Below are positions 9,431 to 18,729 of a stretch of DNA of 60,009 bases, in pieces. A program made the position numbers and the translations under genes. Positions within the stretch are counted from its first letter, which is position 1; each line of letters opens with the position of its first letter. The notes beneath the pieces are model-generated. The model was not told the DNA's origin. It did not search any database and worked only from the letters and a program-made list of their open reading frames with translations. Source of the stretch: an uncultured Oscillospiraceae bacterium (GTDB lineage: Bacteria; Bacillota; Clostridia; Oscillospirales; Oscillospiraceae); contig CAJFUI010000027.1 of NCBI GenBank assembly GCA_904420145.1, positions 1 to 60,009 on the forward strand, written 5' to 3'.

Positions 9431-10141
9431 TTATTTGGACCGGGCGCCGCCGAGGTAGGTGGCAATCACATCCGGGTCATTGGCCAGCTCTGCGCCGGTG
9501 CCCCGCTTTACAATCTTTCCCGTCTCAAGGAGGAGGGCCTGGTCGGCAAGGGCCAGGGCCTTCTTGGCGTTTTGCTCCACAAGGATAATCGTCACACCGT
9601 CCTCGTTGATGGTGCGGATGATGGAGAAAATCTCGTTGATGATCAGAGGCGCCAGGCCGAGAGACGGCTCATCCATCAGCAGAACCTTGGGGTTGCACAT
9701 AAGGGCCCGGCCTACCACCAGCATCTGCTGCTCGCCGCCGGACAGAGTCCCCGCCCGCTGCCCCTTCCTGGCGTACAGCTTGGGGAAGCGCTTATAGACC
9801 CGCTCAAAGTTCTCCTTGGCCACCGATGCGTGGACGGTGTAGGCGCCGATGCGCAGATTCTCCTCCACGGAGAGGTTGGGGAAGACCCAGCGCCCCTCCG
9901 GAATCAGAGAGATCCCGGCCTTGACCACGTCATGGGTGTTGGAGGGCAGCTTTTCGCCCATGTACTCCACATACCCCTCCTGGGGCGTGAGCAGTCCGGC
10001 GATGCACTTCATCAGCGTGGATTTCCCTGCGCCGTTGGATCCTACCAGAGCACAGATGCTCCCCTGCTCCACCTCGAAGCTGATGGAGTGCAGGGCCTGA
10101 ATCTTTCCGTAGGCGAAGCTGAGATCATGAATCTTAATCAT
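9431..10141 (-). CDS. livF: HAAT-family (Liv-type) ABC transporter, ATP-binding protein F
   Basis: Walker A GSNGAGKST, signature LSGGEQQML, Walker B LLMDEPS. 4-nt overlap with the upstream ATPase gene. Confidence 0.85.
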   Translation of the reverse strand: MIKIHDLSFAYGKIQALHSISFEVEQGSICALVGSNGAGKSTLMKCIAGLLTPQEGYVEYMGEKLPSNTHDVVKAGISLIPEGRWVFPNLSVEENLRIGAYTVHASVAKENFERVYKRFPKLYARKGQRAGTLSGGEQQMLVVGRALMCNPKVLLMDEPSLGLAPLIINEIFSIIRTINEDGVTIILVEQNAKKALALADQALLLETGKIVKRGTGAELANDPDVIATYLGGARSK

Positions 10142-10911
10142 TCGTCGTCCACCCCCAAATAGGCCTCGATCACGTGGTCGTTGGCCTGAATTTCCTCGGG
10201 CGTACCGAAAGCGATATACTTGCCGAAGTTCAGCACCGTGATCTTCTCACAAAGCCGCATAATCATGTCCATGTGGTGGTCGATGACCAGCACGGTCAGG
10301 TCGAACTGGTCCCGCAGGCTGACAATCAGCTCCACCAAGGCGAGGGACTCGTCCTCGTTCATGCCGGCGGCCGGCTCGTCTAAAATCAGCAGCTTGGGCT
10401 TCAGGGCCATGGCGCGGGCGATCTCCACCCGCCGCTGGAGGCCGTAGGCCAAGTTGCTGGAGATCATATCCGCGTAAGGGGCCAGCCCCATCTGCTCCAA
10501 AATGCTGTGGGAAAAGGCCTCCATCTCCTTCTCCTGCTTCCGGTAGCGCCCGATGTGCAGGGTGCTCTCCAGCAGGTTGTAGGTCATCTGGGCCTGGGCC
10601 ACGGTCAAGACATTTTTGAATACAGTCAGAGACTCAAAGAGCTTGATGTTTTGGAAGGTGCGGGCGATCCCCTTGCGGGCGATCAGGTGGGGCTGCTGGC
10701 CGGTAATATCCTTGCCGTCAAAGACAATGGTGCCGCTGGTGGGGGGAATGATGCCCGTCACCATGTTGAACACAGTTGTCTTTCCCGCGCCGTTGGGGCC
10801 GATCAGGCCATAAATGGCACCCTTAGGAATGGATAGGTGGAAATCGTCTACAGCGGTAAGACCGCCGAACTGCTTGGTGAGGCCGGTGATTTTCAGCAAA
10901 GGCTCTGTCAT
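10138..10911 (-). CDS. livG: HAAT-family ABC transporter, ATP-binding protein G
   Basis: Walker A GPNGAGKTT, LAYGLQRRVEIARA, LILDEPAAG. LivG-type C-terminal extension. Confidence 0.85.
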   Translation of the reverse strand: MTEPLLKITGLTKQFGGLTAVDDFHLSIPKGAIYGLIGPNGAGKTTVFNMVTGIIPPTSGTIVFDGKDITGQQPHLIARKGIARTFQNIKLFESLTVFKNVLTVAQAQMTYNLLESTLHIGRYRKQEKEMEAFSHSILEQMGLAPYADMISSNLAYGLQRRVEIARAMALKPKLLILDEPAAGMNEDESLALVELIVSLRDQFDLTVLVIDHHMDMIMRLCEKITVLNFGKYIAFGTPEEIQANDHVIEAYLGVDDE

Positions 10912-10917
10912 ATCCCG

Positions 10918-11826
10918 TCACTCCTTTCCCTTGGCGCTTTTGCGGGAAGCAGGCAGCAGCCTGATCCGCTGGAAAAACCGCTTGATGCCGGCGATGGTGA
11001 GTTCCTTGTTCCCCATCAGGCCATTGGGACGGAACATGATAATCAATACAATCAGAATACCGTAAATCGCCATGCGCCACTCCTGGGCGGACTCGGTCCG
11101 AAGGAACTCCGGCAGGGGCGTGAGCACAAGGCCCGCGAGGATAGAGCCGGTGAGGCTGCCGCTGCCGCCCATGATCACCGTCATAATCAGCTCGCTGGAT
11201 TTACGGGCGTTGAAGATCTTGGGGTTGACATAGTTGAGGTAGTGGCCCAACAGGGCGCCGGAGAGCGCCACCAGCGCACAGCTGATGATAAACACCAGCA
11301 CCTTCGTCCGGTAGACGTCGATGCCCATGGCAATTGCGGCGGTCTCATCCTCCCGAATGGCCACACAGTTTCGGCCAAATTTGGATTTCAAAAAGCGGAC
11401 CGCGAAAATGATAACCAGCACATCCAGCAGCAGCACCACCGGCAGGGAGGTAAAGCGCCCGATGTCCATCATACCCGTGGAACCGCCAGTGAGGTCATAT
11501 GTATTTTCTACAATCAGTCGTATGGCCTCCCCAATACCGATACTGGCGATGAGGAAGTAGTCACCCCGCAGCCGCAGGGTAGGCAGGCCGATCAAAAGCC
11601 CAAAGAGCATGGATGCGGCCATGCCGCAGAGGATTCCCACCCAGATAGGCAGGCCGCAGGACTTCACCAGCAGGGCCGACACATAGGCGCCCACGCACAT
11701 GAAGCCCGCATGTCCCATGGAGAAAATCCCTGTGAAACCGGTAAGCAGTGAAACTCCTATAATAGCGATCAGCATAATACCCGTCTGGGTAATAATGCCT
11801 GTCCAATACGCGTTAATAATCGTCAT
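10918..11826 (-). CDS. livM: HAAT-family ABC transporter permease (LivM-like)
   Basis: 302-aa polytopic membrane protein with the GxxSxGHAAF-like motif (GIFSMGHAGFMCVGAY). Confidence 0.8.
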   Translation of the reverse strand: MTIINAYWTGIITQTGIMLIAIIGVSLLTGFTGIFSMGHAGFMCVGAYVSALLVKSCGLPIWVGILCGMAASMLFGLLIGLPTLRLRGDYFLIASIGIGEAIRLIVENTYDLTGGSTGMMDIGRFTSLPVVLLLDVLVIIFAVRFLKSKFGRNCVAIREDETAAIAMGIDVYRTKVLVFIISCALVALSGALLGHYLNYVNPKIFNARKSSELIMTVIMGGSGSLTGSILAGLVLTPLPEFLRTESAQEWRMAIYGILIVLIIMFRPNGLMGNKELTIAGIKRFFQRIRLLPASRKSAKGKE

Positions 11827-11838
11827 GGCGTCCCCTCC

Positions 11839-12729
11839 TTACGCTTTGTCCTCAGAGCTCTTGCCCATCAGGCCGCTGGGCCGGACAATGAGTACGAGGA
11901 TGAGTATACCAAAGGAGATCATATCCCGCAGTGCCGAGGAGATGTATCCAGCGACAAAGACCTCGATCACACCCAGCAGGAATGCGCCCGCAATCGCCCC
12001 CGGCAGGCTGCCAAGGCCGCCCAGCACCGCGCTGATAAAAGCCTTGTTGGTCATGACACTGCCCAAGGTGGGATAAGCAGTGTATTTGATTCCCATGAAA
12101 AGTCCCGCAATACCCGCCAGCACGCCTGCAATCGCAAACACCTTGATAAGCAGCGTGTCCGTATTCACCCCCATGAGGGAGGCGTACTGCAGATTGTGGG
12201 AGGCGCCGCGAATCGCCAAACCGTCCCTGGAAAAACTGATATAGCTCTGCAGGGCCGCCATGGAGAGGATAGAGAGCACAAGGATAATCACATCCACCTT
12301 GCCGATGGAGCTGCCCAGCAGCTGGATGCTGCCCATACTGGTCAGCTCACTGGGATAGAACTGGGAGATGGAACTGATAAAAATGATAATCAGATTTTCT
12401 GCCACGGTGGAGATGCCCCAGCCGGCGATCATCAGATACAGCTTCTTGCTGTTGCGCTTCATCAGCATGTTCCGGTATACCAGAATCTCGATGAGCACCG
12501 AAACCAGGGCGCCGCCCAAGAGGGAGGCCACCAGCCCCAGCAGCAGGTTCGGCTGGGTGTACATAAAGAGGTAGCAGCTCACATAGGCACCTGCCGTCAC
12601 CGCCACCGCGTGGGCAAAGTTGGTAAAGCTCAGCAGGCTGTAAATCAGAGAATAGCCCACCGCCATCAGCGCATAGACGCTCCCGATGGAGAGTCCATTA
12701 ATCAACTGCTGTAAAAAAATAACAATCAC
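11839..12729 (-). CDS. livH: HAAT-family ABC transporter permease (LivH-like)
   Basis: 296 aa, beginning MIVIFLQQLINGLSIGSVYALMAVGYSLIY (typical LivH N-terminus). Confidence 0.8.
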   Translation of the reverse strand: MIVIFLQQLINGLSIGSVYALMAVGYSLIYSLLSFTNFAHAVAVTAGAYVSCYLFMYTQPNLLLGLVASLLGGALVSVLIEILVYRNMLMKRNSKKLYLMIAGWGISTVAENLIIIFISSISQFYPSELTSMGSIQLLGSSIGKVDVIILVLSILSMAALQSYISFSRDGLAIRGASHNLQYASLMGVNTDTLLIKVFAIAGVLAGIAGLFMGIKYTAYPTLGSVMTNKAFISAVLGGLGSLPGAIAGAFLLGVIEVFVAGYISSALRDMISFGILILVLIVRPSGLMGKSSEDKA

Positions 12730-12810
12730 TCCCTTGTTGTATGCCGCTGGGTGGGATCATCTCCCACCCAGCGGCCGGCATTACCTCCTGCGGATTTGTT
12801 CGGCGACGAA

Positions 12811-14070
12811 TTACTCGTCAAAAAGAGTGATCTCCCCACCGTAGATGGTCCCCAGCGTCTTGTAGTAGTAGCCGTCGGAGCCGTCCTCGTTGGGCGCGAT
12901 GGTCACAAGGGCCAACTCACGGTCGGGGTTGTGGGTCTCAGGATCCATGGACAGCAGGCCCACGCAGCCCTCCACGTCGGTGATGTTCTCCAAGGCGTCC
13001 CGGATGGAGTCGCTGTCGGCGGCGCCGGCGTCATTGATGGCGGCCTCCAGCATCTTCCACGCATCATAGCCGTAGTAGGGATCCGTGCCGCCGTCCCGCA
13101 GGGTCTGATCCTCGCCCCAGTACTCCAGCCACTCCTCCTGAATGGGGATGAGCTTCTCGCTGTTGATGTCCAGAGAGGCGATGGCGATGCAGCCCTCCAG
13201 CTGGGGACCGGCCTCCACAGGGATGCTCACCTGATACCAAGTGTCGCAGCCGCCAAACATGCCCTCGTAGCCCAGCTCCCGGGCCTGCTGGCCCATGAGG
13301 ATGATCTGCTTGTAGGTCATGGGGGAGACAATGATCTCGGGATCTGTCTCAATGATCTTGGTCAGCTGGGCGCGGAAGTCCACATCGTCCACGGAGGCGG
13401 TGGTCTCCTCTGCCACCACGGTGCCGCCCAGGGCCTCCCACTCCGCCCGGAACTGCTGGGCAAAGGTGACGTACGTATCCACGCTCAGGGCGTAGAAGAT
13501 GGCGGCGGTGCGGATGCCGAGGTCGTTATAGAGGTAGTTGCACAGGGGCGCCACGTAGGCCCGCTGGATCATAATGGCCCGGAACACATAGGGGCGGACG
13601 TTGCCGTCGTCGTCCAAGGTGATCTGCTCCAGCGGGGTATTGGTGGCGATCATGGGGACCTTGTAGTCGTCGCACACGCTGGACATGGCCTGGGCGCAGA
13701 TGGAGTTGTTGGGGCCGAGGATGGCCACTACACCGTCGTTCTCAATCAGCTTGCGGGCCGCGTTCACCGTCTCCACTGCGTCCTCACGGTTGTCGTAGTA
13801 GAACAGCTCCACCTGCTTGCCTAACAGGCCGCCGTCCTGGTTGCACTTGTCCACACGGATCTGGATGGCCTTGAGCTGGGCAATGCCCCACGCGGCAGCG
13901 TCGCCGGTCAGGGGGCCCACAAAGCCGATCTTGATAGTGTCGGAGGAGGTCTCGCCACCGCCGCCTCCTTCTTCCGTCTCCTCGCCGGGCCCGCATCCCA
14001 CGCAGAGTGCGAGCACCATGACCATCGCCAGCAGCAACGCCAGCCACTTCTTGCCTGCATTCCTATTCAT
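12811..14070 (-). CDS. ABC substrate-binding lipoprotein (type-1 periplasmic binding fold, LivJ/K-like); ligand unknown
   Basis: ORF 12811..14190 trimmed to ATG 14070, preceded by AAAGGGGA. Signal peptide with lipobox LALCVGC|G, then a Gly/Glu-rich linker and an ANF-receptor-like domain. Confidence 0.8.
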   Translation of the reverse strand: MNRNAGKKWLALLLAMVMVLALCVGCGPGEETEEGGGGGETSSDTIKIGFVGPLTGDAAAWGIAQLKAIQIRVDKCNQDGGLLGKQVELFYYDNREDAVETVNAARKLIENDGVVAILGPNNSICAQAMSSVCDDYKVPMIATNTPLEQITLDDDGNVRPYVFRAIMIQRAYVAPLCNYLYNDLGIRTAAIFYALSVDTYVTFAQQFRAEWEALGGTVVAEETTASVDDVDFRAQLTKIIETDPEIIVSPMTYKQIILMGQQARELGYEGMFGGCDTWYQVSIPVEAGPQLEGCIAIASLDINSEKLIPIQEEWLEYWGEDQTLRDGGTDPYYGYDAWKMLEAAINDAGAADSDSIRDALENITDVEGCVGLLSMDPETHNPDRELALVTIAPNEDGSDGYYYKTLGTIYGGEITLFDE

Positions 14071-14342
14071 CTTAGTATCCCCTTTCTTTCCGTTTGTGTG
14101 GTTGGTTTTATTTCCAAAGCCCTTTCCCAAAGACTTTAGATTATCGCAAGGGGGTATTGCAAAGGTGTTTGCGCGAAGTCTGTCGAACAAGCTATGATAA
14201 AATGCCCGGTATCCCTTTTTATTCGCTATTCAGTTTTCTATGGAGGTTCCCAATTCTTTTTGTGTCCGGTCCTACACCGCCCCGACGGCGGCAGACTGCT
14301 CTTCGGCGGCGCCTGAACGCAGCCACGACGGGAGGGCGCTTT

Positions 14343-14387
14343 CCGTTATAATCCTCAACTATAACGGACGATGGAGCGCTCCATCGT
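14343..14387. other. Two abutting perfect stem-loops inside the 600-nt divergent intergenic region
   Basis: CCGTTATA-(9 nt)-TATAACGG at 14343-14367 is followed directly by the 20-nt perfect palindrome ACGATGGAGCGCTCCATCGT at 14368-14387. These sit at the 3' end of a GC-rich block (about 14265-14340) embedded in AT-rich DNA. Confidence 0.5.
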
Positions 14388-14486
14388 CATGCCGTTTTCG
14401 TTCTAACATTCTTTTATATAAAATTTCTCCTGAGGCGCAGAACCAAATTGGGATATATACTATTGAAAAATTGTGGAAGATTTTCC

Positions 14487-14515
14487 TTGACAGATAATTG
14501 CTTCGTTGTTATGAT
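14487..14515 (+). promoter_or_regulatory. Sigma-70-type promoter candidate for the racemase/amidohydrolase operon
   Basis: TTGACA (14487-14492), a 17-nt spacer, then TATGAT (14510-14515), about 150 nt upstream of ATG 14669. Confidence 0.45.
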
Positions 14516-14668
14516 TGTAATTATAAAATAAACATGATTAGTTTGTCAACTATGTTTTTTATCTAAATATGATTTTTGTTAAATTTCCCATATGGACAGC
14601 AGCTGGTACATCCACCCGGAAATGGGTATGAAATATGAATAGAGAGGGAAGAGGAGGCGCATAACGGT

Positions 14669-15415
14669 ATGAGAATTTTAGTCATCAGTACAGATTCGGG
14701 CGCAAGCGAGGAGAGTCTCAAGCAGAAGGCGGCGCTGCTGAAGACTGCCGCCTCAGCGGATGTGGAGATCACGGTGGAGTGCCAGCGCACCACAGAGGTC
14801 TGTGTGGACTCCAACGTGGATGTGGTCATTACCGGTCCTGAGACTCTGCTGCGGGCACGGCAGGCGGAGCGGGACGGCTATGACGCCGTATGCCTGTACT
14901 GTGGAAGCGATCCAGCCTACGACGCCTGCCGGGAGCTGCTGCACATCCCGGTGATCGGCGCGGCCCATGCCGCTTTTGCCATGGCGGTCTGCTTAGGGTA
15001 CCAGTACTCCTTCATCACCACATCCAAGCGCAGGATCCCCCAGAAGAGGGAGTTTGCCAGAAGCTGCGGCATCGACATGAGCCGTCTGGCCTCTGTGCGG
15101 GCCATCGAGTACGACATGTCCGCCGAGCACAGCGGTGAACAGCGCGCCCAGACCATTCGGCTCTTAGCCGAGGAGGCCAAGCGCTGCGCAGAGGAGGATG
15201 GGGCGGATGTGGTGATTCTGGGCTGTCTGTCCTTTGCCGGGATGGGCGCCGAGATCAGCGCGCTGTCCGGCGTCACGGTCATCGACCCCGCCTTTGCCAT
15301 GATTACCATGGCCGAGGCCGTGTGCCGCCAGGGCATCTCCCACAGCAAAACAGCCTATCCGGACATTCCGGCGGCGGAGCGCAGCTGGTCCGCCGGTTCT
15401 CTCAACACCCCCTGA
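14669..15415 (+). CDS. Asp/Glu/hydantoin-racemase-family protein (hydantoin/allantoin-racemase-like)
   Basis: 248 aa. Both catalytic-cysteine contexts of the family are retained (LYCGSDPAY and ILGCLSFAGMG). Confidence 0.75.
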   Translation: MRILVISTDSGASEESLKQKAALLKTAASADVEITVECQRTTEVCVDSNVDVVITGPETLLRARQAERDGYDAVCLYCGSDPAYDACRELLHIPVIGAAHAAFAMAVCLGYQYSFITTSKRRIPQKREFARSCGIDMSRLASVRAIEYDMSAEHSGEQRAQTIRLLAEEAKRCAEEDGADVVILGCLSFAGMGAEISALSGVTVIDPAFAMITMAEAVCRQGISHSKTAYPDIPAAERSWSAGSLNTP

Positions 15416-15467
15416 TGTTTCAGCCAATCACGTTGCCTATAAGAATTAGGAAAAGGAGGGTTCTGTC

Positions 15468-16889
15468 ATGAAAGTGGATCTGCTGGTCCACGCACCTCAT
15501 ATGTATACCATGGCCGGAGAGGGCCTTGGGTACTGTGCCGGTCAGAGCATAGCGGTGGACAAGGGAAAGATTCTGGCCATCGGCCCTGCAGAGGAGATCC
15601 GGGGGGCCTACACCGCTGAAAAGGTGGTGGAGGCGCCCCACCATGTGCTGCTCCCGGGCTTCATAGACTGCCATATGCACACCCGCCATGCTGTCTACCG
15701 CGGGATCGCCCAGGATATGAACAACTGGATGTGGGCCGGGATGGCCCCTTTTGAGTCCCAGAGCACCAGCCAAACCAAGGCCGCCGGCAGCAGGCTGGGT
15801 ATGGCGGAGGCCATCCTGAACGGCACCACCACCATCGGCGACGACGGACCGGATATGGAGGGGGCCATTCAAAACGCCATCGCCTTCGGCGTGCGGGGGA
15901 ACATCAGCCCCAGAATCCGTGAGGTGGACTTCGCCCCCTACGGCCCGGGGGAGCTGTACCGCTTCTACAGTGAGCTGGGGCAGGCATCCTTAGAGGACTG
16001 CGTGCGGCTGTTTGACACCTATCACAACTACGACAACGGGCGCATCCGCATTCTGTTCGGCCCCCAGGGGGCGGACTTTGTCAGCTCGGAGCTGATGAAA
16101 AAGGTCTGCCGCATGGCCAAGGAGCGGGGCACCCGGGTCCACATGCACTTCTCCCAGGGCACGCGGGAGGACGAGCAGATTCAAAAGCGCTATGGCTGCC
16201 GCCCGGTGGCCTACTTAGATTCCCTCGGCGTCATCGACGAGAACCTCATCGCCGTCCATCTGACCAGCGCCACGGACGAGGAAGTGGCCCTGACGGCCCA
16301 GCGGGGGGCCACCATGGTGCTGTGCACCTCCTCCATCGGCGTAATCAACGGCGAGGTCCCCCCCGCCAAGGTCTTTATGGACCACGGCGGAATAGTGGGT
16401 CTGGGAAGCGACCAGTCCCCGGGCAACAACAACCACAATATGTTCAACGAAATGAAGCTCACCGCCGTCTGCAACAAGTGCAAATACGGCACCCCCCTGA
16501 TCTTCCCCGCCTGGAAGGTTCTGCGCATGGCCACCATCGAGGGGGCCCGGGCCATCGGCCTTGGGGACATCACTGGCTCTCTGGAGACCGGCAAGGCTGC
16601 GGATATGATCCTGGTGGATCTCCGTCAGCCCTCTCTATCCCCCGTGATCACCTCCCCCATGCGCAACATCGCCGCCAACCTGGTGTATGCCGGCCGGGGG
16701 CACGAGGTGGACACGGTGATTGCCGCCGGAAAGATTCTGGTGGAGCACCGCAGGCCGGTCACCTTTGATCTGGACGCCATTTTGGACGAGGTGCAGCAGG
16801 AGGCGGACATCGTCTCGAAAAAGGCCGAAGAGCGCTTCTGGGCCACCGACAGCGCTATCGCACAATACATGAAACACGATCAGCTGTGA
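15468..16889 (+). CDS. Metal-dependent amidohydrolase (COG0402 / chlorohydrolase-deaminase-like subgroup)
   Basis: 473 aa. HxH motif (FIDCHMHTRH), beta-5 His (HMHFSQ), AVHLT, GSDQ. SD AAAGGAGGG with an 8-nt spacer. Confidence 0.8.
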   Translation: MKVDLLVHAPHMYTMAGEGLGYCAGQSIAVDKGKILAIGPAEEIRGAYTAEKVVEAPHHVLLPGFIDCHMHTRHAVYRGIAQDMNNWMWAGMAPFESQSTSQTKAAGSRLGMAEAILNGTTTIGDDGPDMEGAIQNAIAFGVRGNISPRIREVDFAPYGPGELYRFYSELGQASLEDCVRLFDTYHNYDNGRIRILFGPQGADFVSSELMKKVCRMAKERGTRVHMHFSQGTREDEQIQKRYGCRPVAYLDSLGVIDENLIAVHLTSATDEEVALTAQRGATMVLCTSSIGVINGEVPPAKVFMDHGGIVGLGSDQSPGNNNHNMFNEMKLTAVCNKCKYGTPLIFPAWKVLRMATIEGARAIGLGDITGSLETGKAADMILVDLRQPSLSPVITSPMRNIAANLVYAGRGHEVDTVIAAGKILVEHRRPVTFDLDAILDEVQQEADIVSKKAEERFWATDSAIAQYMKHDQL

Positions 16890-16902
16890 GAAAGGAGTCG
16901 CT

Positions 16903-17769
16903 ATGAAAACTACCTTGCCATGCGGAGAAGGCATCCATTGGCCGGAGGACAAACGGGTCGCCGTCATGCTCACTTTTGACTTTGACGCCGACCAGCTGCA
17001 GACGGCCCACTTCGGCGGTCAGGAGCTCATCTTTGCCGACCGCTCCAGAGGCCTGTACGGCCCGGACGAGGGGATCTGGCGCTGTCTGAACATGCTGAAA
17101 GAGCAGGATGTTCCCGCCACCTTCTTCGTACCCGGGATCATCTGCGAGCGTTACGGCGAGCAGGTCCGCGCCATTGCTGACGGCGGACATGAGATCGCCT
17201 ACCACGGCTATCTCCACAACGTCCATGCCGCCCCCATCCCCATCGAGGAGGAGCGGGAGAACATGGAGAAGTCCGAGGCCCTCATCGAATCCATCTGGGG
17301 CCGCCGGCCTGTCGGCTGCCGCACGCCGGGAGGCTTTACCCAGCCCTACACCATCGATCTCATCCATGAGCGCGGCTATAAGTACAGCTCTGCCCTCACC
17401 CCGGAGCGCTCCTGCGACTGGGCCTATGTGTATCAGCGGGAGGGAAAGCCTATCCCCGTGGTGGAGCTGTGCACCGATGTGATGACAGAGGACTTCCCCT
17501 ACTACTTCTTCTCCCTGTCCCACCCGGTCCACAAGACCCCCTACAATAACGACTATGTCCGGGAGATCTGGCAGGATGAGTTTGACGGCCGATGCATGGA
17601 GGGAGACAAATTCCTCTGCCTCAAGCTCCACCCCTCCCTCATCGGGCGGGCCAGCCGCATCCAGATGCTGGGCGAGCTGGTGGCCTACATGAAGGACCAC
17701 GGCGCTTGGATCGCCACCTGCGAAGAGGTGGCCGACTATGTCCTCAAGTACAACGGTGTAACAGCGTAA
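16903..17769 (+). CDS. Polysaccharide-deacetylase (NodB-homology) family hydrolase, cytoplasmic, paralog 1
   Basis: 288 aa, no signal peptide. Motifs VMLTFDFDAD, ATFFVPG, GHEIAYHGYLH and LHPSLIGRASR, with a PuuE-like C-terminal region. Confidence 0.75.
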   Translation: MKTTLPCGEGIHWPEDKRVAVMLTFDFDADQLQTAHFGGQELIFADRSRGLYGPDEGIWRCLNMLKEQDVPATFFVPGIICERYGEQVRAIADGGHEIAYHGYLHNVHAAPIPIEEERENMEKSEALIESIWGRRPVGCRTPGGFTQPYTIDLIHERGYKYSSALTPERSCDWAYVYQREGKPIPVVELCTDVMTEDFPYYFFSLSHPVHKTPYNNDYVREIWQDEFDGRCMEGDKFLCLKLHPSLIGRASRIQMLGELVAYMKDHGAWIATCEEVADYVLKYNGVTA

Positions 17770-17789
17770 GGGATAAGGAGGGAAACAAG

Positions 17790-18608
17790 ATGAAATGGCC
17801 CAACAACAAGCGGATCGCCATTATGATGGCCTTTGACTTAGACGCGGAATCCCTCTGGGAGGAGCACGACGACCACACCAACCTGATGAGTGTCCACCGG
17901 GGCACCTACGGCCCCCTGCAGGGGATCCCCCGCATTCTCAACCTGATGGACAAGCACGACATCAAGGCCACCTTCTTTGTGCCTGGAATCACCGCCGAGC
18001 GCTACCCAGAGGTGGCTAAGGAGATCGTGCGCTGCGGCCACGAGATCGGCTACCACGGCTATATCCACCACAGCCACACCGACCGGCAGAAGGAACATGA
18101 GGACATGCTGAAGACCGAGCAGCTGATCTACGACATGACGGGCTTCCGCATCGTCGGCCAGCGGGCTCCCTCCGGGGACATGTATGATTACAGTCTTGGG
18201 CTGTTCTTAGAGCACGGCTATATCTACAGCTCCAACTTCCGCAACAGTGACGGCCCCTATCTTCACAAGATCGACGGCAAGGAGATCCCTCTTGTGGAGC
18301 TGCCCAAGGACTCCATCTTCGATGACACCGCCTATGACATGTATGTGGACCGCCCCTATCAGACGGCCACCTGCCTGCGCAGCGCCCGAGAATTCTGTAA
18401 AATCTGGCGGCAGGAGTTTGACGCGCTGGCGGAGGAGGGAAGGATGATTAACTTTGTCATCCATCCCCAGTTTATCGGCCACATCAGCCGCATCAACGCC
18501 TTGGATGAGCTGATCGGCTACATGAAGGATAACGGCGCCTGGTTTGAAACCAACGGAAATGTGGCACGATATGTGCTCAAGGAAAACGGATACCCTGTAA
18601 CGGTTTAA
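17790..18608 (+). CDS. Polysaccharide-deacetylase (NodB-homology) family hydrolase, cytoplasmic, paralog 2
   Basis: ORF 17592..18608 trimmed to ATG 17790, preceded by AAGGAGGG. Motifs IMMAFDLDAE, ATFFVPG, GHEIGYHGYIH and IHPQFIGHISR are collinear with paralog 1. Confidence 0.75.
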   Translation: MKWPNNKRIAIMMAFDLDAESLWEEHDDHTNLMSVHRGTYGPLQGIPRILNLMDKHDIKATFFVPGITAERYPEVAKEIVRCGHEIGYHGYIHHSHTDRQKEHEDMLKTEQLIYDMTGFRIVGQRAPSGDMYDYSLGLFLEHGYIYSSNFRNSDGPYLHKIDGKEIPLVELPKDSIFDDTAYDMYVDRPYQTATCLRSAREFCKIWRQEFDALAEEGRMINFVIHPQFIGHISRINALDELIGYMKDNGAWFETNGNVARYVLKENGYPVTV

Positions 18609-18729
18609 TCGGCTGTGAAAAAGGCGGACGCTCTCCGCGCTGGTATTCCACGGGGACACCGCCCCGTAAAAGTGGCCGGCACCTCCTGCATAAAGATGGA
18701 ACTAAACTGTAAACTTTTTCAAAGAACGA

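Noticed and set aside
14240-14497. 85-aa ORFs in the 600-nt divergent intergenic region (14094..14351 and 14240..14497).
   Set aside because: They have no SD, they cross the hairpin cluster, and their composition is implausible. They are treated as non-coding.
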